A stretch of 10,903 nt of DNA from Oopsacas minuta (lineage: Eukaryota; Animalia; Porifera). Below the pieces are notes generated by a model. It searched no databases. It had not been told where the DNA came from and worked only from the letters and a program-made list of their open reading frames with translations. This document shows, in pieces, positions 8,528 to 10,903 of the stretch. Where the stretch lies: assembly GCA_024704765.1 (NCBI GenBank), contig JAKMXF010000107.1:1-10903 (forward strand), written 5' to 3'. The position numbers were made by a program, and so were the translations under genes. Each line of letters starts with the position of its first letter. Positions within the stretch are counted from its first letter, which is position 1.

Positions 8528-9084
8528 TTATTGCATGAAGGCAAAAGTCTCATCATCAGTAGGGACAGCATTCACTGGTTGGAGGTGTACAGGTTGTTGA
8601 TGAATCCCATCGGTCACAATTTGGGAAGACGACAGATACGTTGGATTAGCAGGTATATTCATGGCTGCATTCATTGGAGGAGGATAAGGAGCTGTGTCGA
8701 ATGTATTAGCTAGATTGGGATTGTATGTGTAGCCAGGGATCTGAGGAGGAAGCGTTTCTTGTTTAAACTGCTGCTTCATTTCCATGGTGCTATCTTGTAA
8801 TCCTCTTGGAGCTGTAGGGGGAGCAACTGATTGAGGGAGAGGGGCTTGGACAGTTTTAATTGGTTGAGATCTACTCTTCTTCTTCTTCACCATTAGATGT
8901 ACCAACACACAGAAAGCAATGGAGAATGCTAATCCACATAGACAGAAGCAAGATCCAAATATGCTGAACACGATAGCCATAATACAATTAACTCCACAAT
9001 ATGAAAAAGAATAACCATAGTAGGTGGAAGGACAGTGATAGGTCGAGTAATAGAACACATCAGAATTTGCGTACACTGGTACAT
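8528..9084 (-). CDS. Single-pass membrane protein, Cys/Tyr-rich ectodomain and Pro-rich tail (CYYR1/Shisa-like architecture); 5' end lost in the gap
   Basis: The frame is open from the gap edge (VPVYANSDVFYY...) to TAA at 8530-8528 with no disablement. Tyr/Cys-rich segment, hydrophobic Cys-rich helix (8983-8888), positive-inside KKKKSR, Pro/Gln-rich tail with NPTY (8647-8636). Confidence 0.75.
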
Positions 9085-9401
9085 NNNNNNNNNNNNNNNN
9101 NNNNNNNNNNNNNNNNNNNNNNNNNNNNNNNNNNNNNNNNNNNNNNNNNNNNNNNNNNNNNNNNNNNNNNNNNNNNNNNNNNNNNNNNNNNNNNNNNNNN
9201 NNNNNNNNNNNNNNNNNNNNNNNNNNNNNNNNNNNNNNNNNNNNNNNNNNNNNNNNNNNNNNNNNNNNNNNNNNNNNNNNNNNNNNNNNNNNNNNNNNNN
9301 NNNNNNNNNNNNNNNNNNNNNNNNNNNNNNNNNNNNNNNNNNNNNNNNNNNNNNNNNNNNNNNNNNNNNNNNNNNNNNNNNNNNNNNNNNNNNNNNNNNN
9401 N
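9085..9401. other. Assembly gap (317 N)
   Basis: Run of N directly visible. Confidence 1.
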
Positions 9402-9919
9402 GATATATTGGGAAATAAATGTATGTGTTTAGAGATTATTTATAGACTAATCATTGAGTTAGTATTAGAGAGCATCAATTTCTTAACACCCTGTAGATCA
9501 CCTCGTGCTCCATCAAAGCACCTTTCTCTAATCTAAATACTATTATGACTACATTACGAATCGGTTCTAAATGTATAATTACAGGCGATTTTAACGTAGA
9601 TGTATCTGAAAAATCTCCATGTTGTACAAACCTTTTGCAATTCAAAGGATTTTGTCAAGCGATATTTGGTATTTCAACTTATTATGGCTCACAGTTGGAC
9701 TGTGTGTTATTTAATTATTCTTTAACCTCGTTTGAGTTTTATGAATCGTACTTTAGTGATCATAAGCCAATGATAATTGTTTTTACTCCTGATATAGTTC
9801 AACCAAATGTACATCCAAATACATTTGAAACAATGAATATGTTCACACAAGTTTCTAGTTACAAGAAAACTTATCATAATGATATAAGTGATAAAATGTA
9901 TTTAAATGAACTAAAATAG
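9402..9919 (+). pseudogene. AP-type endonuclease (EEP fold), frameshifted
   Basis: The frame from 9402 reads DILGNKCMCLEII...TPCRSPRAPSKHL (CRSP matches the YRSP motif) and stops at 9534-9536. A shift to the 9545 frame gives IITGDFNVD (GDFN 9584-9595), STYYGSQLDCVL (LD 9695-9700) and ESYFSDHKPM (SDH 9755-9763). Confidence 0.85.
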
Positions 9920-10132
9920 ATTCTATAAGTCAGTTTGATTCAGATGTCATTACTACTCATGTACATATTCCAACTCTTCCTCGCATTAGTGTTTAGTGAT
10001 AATTATAATACATTTACACTTACAATGCGACTAACATTGAGTAACAGTATTAACTTAAACAGTATACCTTTGAGCGACACGAACTTTATAGTTAGAGTTT
10101 CGAATGTAATTACCATTGTTTATGCATAGTAA

Positions 10133-10672
10133 TATAAAGATCGGTTCAATTTGAGGATAGTTCCTGTAATAGCTGATGGTAATTGCTTCTTCAGGGAATT
10201 ATCTCATATTATATTTGGTAATGAGAGCGAACATCATAACGTCCGTATTTCTTTAATAAATACATTTAAACAAAGTCCCTATGTTGCTGCATTCTGTGGT
10301 ATACAAGGATACAATGAAGTTACTATTCAGCAACACTTTAACCATATGAGGCGTAATTATAAATGGGGGACTGTAAATGAACTTATCATGCTTGGTATAT
10401 TAGCTTGCATTAATGTAAGTTGTGTAAATGCATCTGATGAAGATCCATCTAAGTGGGTGATAACTGATGTGTGTAATGAGAATACTTTGGGTATACAAAA
10501 TGATTCGATCTTTGAGAGCAAATCACTGATCGTATTATTTCATAGCATAAACCTTTCTGGACCATCTGGTAATCATTATGATGCTGTGTACCCTAGTTTA
10601 GGCATTTGGCTTCTCTTCAGAGGAGTGTGCCGTATTTGCATTTGGCTATTTTTATTTATGATTATTTTGTGA
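10133..10672 (+). CDS. OTU-family cysteine protease (deubiquitinase-like) domain with hydrophobic C-terminal extension
   Basis: IADGNCFFR (Asp 10175-10177, Cys 10184-10186), WGTVNEL, SGNHYDAV (His 10574-10576). There is no ATG upstream of the catalytic Cys in this open stretch, which follows TAG TAA at 10127-10132, so it is probably the end of a larger broken ORF. Confidence 0.85.
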   Translation, partial: YKDRFNLRIVPVIADGNCFFRELSHIIFGNESEHHNVRISLINTFKQSPYVAAFCGIQGYNEVTIQQHFNHMRRNYKWGTVNELIMLGILACINVSCVNASDEDPSKWVITDVCNENTLGIQNDSIFESKSLIVLFHSINLSGPSGNHYDAVYPSLGIWLLFRGVCRICIWLFLFMIIL

Positions 10673-10743
10673 TTATCTGGACCATTGGTTAGAACTACGT
10701 TTGATGCAATTATATGGAGTAAGTATCTATATATTACACCTAA

Positions 10744-10800
10744 CAAATCTATTATTCCTATTTAGGGAATACCGACAATTCGCACCTAATTTGATTGGTC
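10744..10800 (-). mobile_element. Second Helentron/HINE-type terminus, minus orientation
   Basis: Minus strand reads GACCAATCAAATT-AGGTGCGAATTGTCGG-TATTCC-ctaaata-GGAATA-ataga-TTTG. This is the same motif, stem-loop, 5 nt, TTTG layout as 285-330. Confidence 0.5.
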
Positions 10801-10903
10801 AATTGATTCCGAATATGATTTTTAGCATTGTATGATCAATTTTTGTTGTTATTTATGTACATAAAGTAAAGAAATTTCAAAATGTTCGTATACTTTTAAC
10901 GGC

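Larger units (their letters stand above)
9402..10672 (+). mobile_element. Helentron-like (endonuclease-bearing Helitron) 3' coding remnant: AP endonuclease plus OTU protease
   Basis: An EEP domain followed in the same frame by an OTU domain, with no RT motifs between. APE and OTU accessory domains are established in Helentrons. Rep/helicase is not visible and would lie in or beyond the gap. Confidence 0.62.

Noticed and set aside
8225-9432. ORFs 8225-8407, 8531-8713, 9001-9432 and 9035-9418
   Set aside because: Short motif-less frames, antisense shadows of the membrane gene, or artefacts of translating the N gap.
9402-9919. LINE/non-LTR retrotransposon ORF2
   Set aside because: No reverse transcriptase follows the endonuclease; an OTU domain does.
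285-10793. One 10.5-kb element bounded by 24-bp terminal inverted repeats and carrying captured genes
   Set aside because: There is no TSD outside the repeats, similarity continues weakly outward (ACCATACCAAATT vs ACCAATCAAATT), and the hairpin + TTT faces inward at both copies. Two independent element ends fit better. Not fully excluded.
1-10903. CRISPR array, tRNA or rRNA genes, prokaryotic operon
   Set aside because: No regularly spaced repeats or cloverleaf/rRNA signatures; gene content (cbEGF, GPI-type tail, Helentron-like module) is eukaryotic.

Overview
AT-rich, apparently intron-poor animal genomic DNA made up mostly of damaged host genes and transposon remnants, with one assembly gap (317 N, 9085-9401). 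The NHL gene's style reminds me of the expanded NHL family of glass sponges, but that is recall and unverified. Left to right: (1) an LRR-LRRCT-EGF-cbEGF gene with a GPI-signal-like tail, broken by one in-frame TGA and apparently cut at its 5' end by a repeat terminus; (2) a GC-rich island with several hairpins; (3) a decayed minus-strand coiled-coil gene resembling an IMD/I-BAR domain; (4) an NHL beta-propeller pseudogene; (5) a ~330-bp foldback/MITE-like element; (6) a single-pass Cys/Tyr/Pro-rich membrane protein gene running into the gap; (7) after the gap, a decayed AP-endonuclease (EEP) domain followed in the same frame by an OTU cysteine protease with an intact D/C/H triad and no reverse transcriptase, i.e. 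a Helentron-like 3' module. The most interesting unexplained signal is a dispersed motif family, (A)GGT[G/A]CG, that is repeatedly tied to hairpins. Two copies 10.5 kb apart share an exact 18-mer, and each is followed by a sequence-divergent stem-loop, 5 nt and TTTG, which fits Helentron/HINE-type termini. All domain calls were made by eye from motifs; no searches were run.
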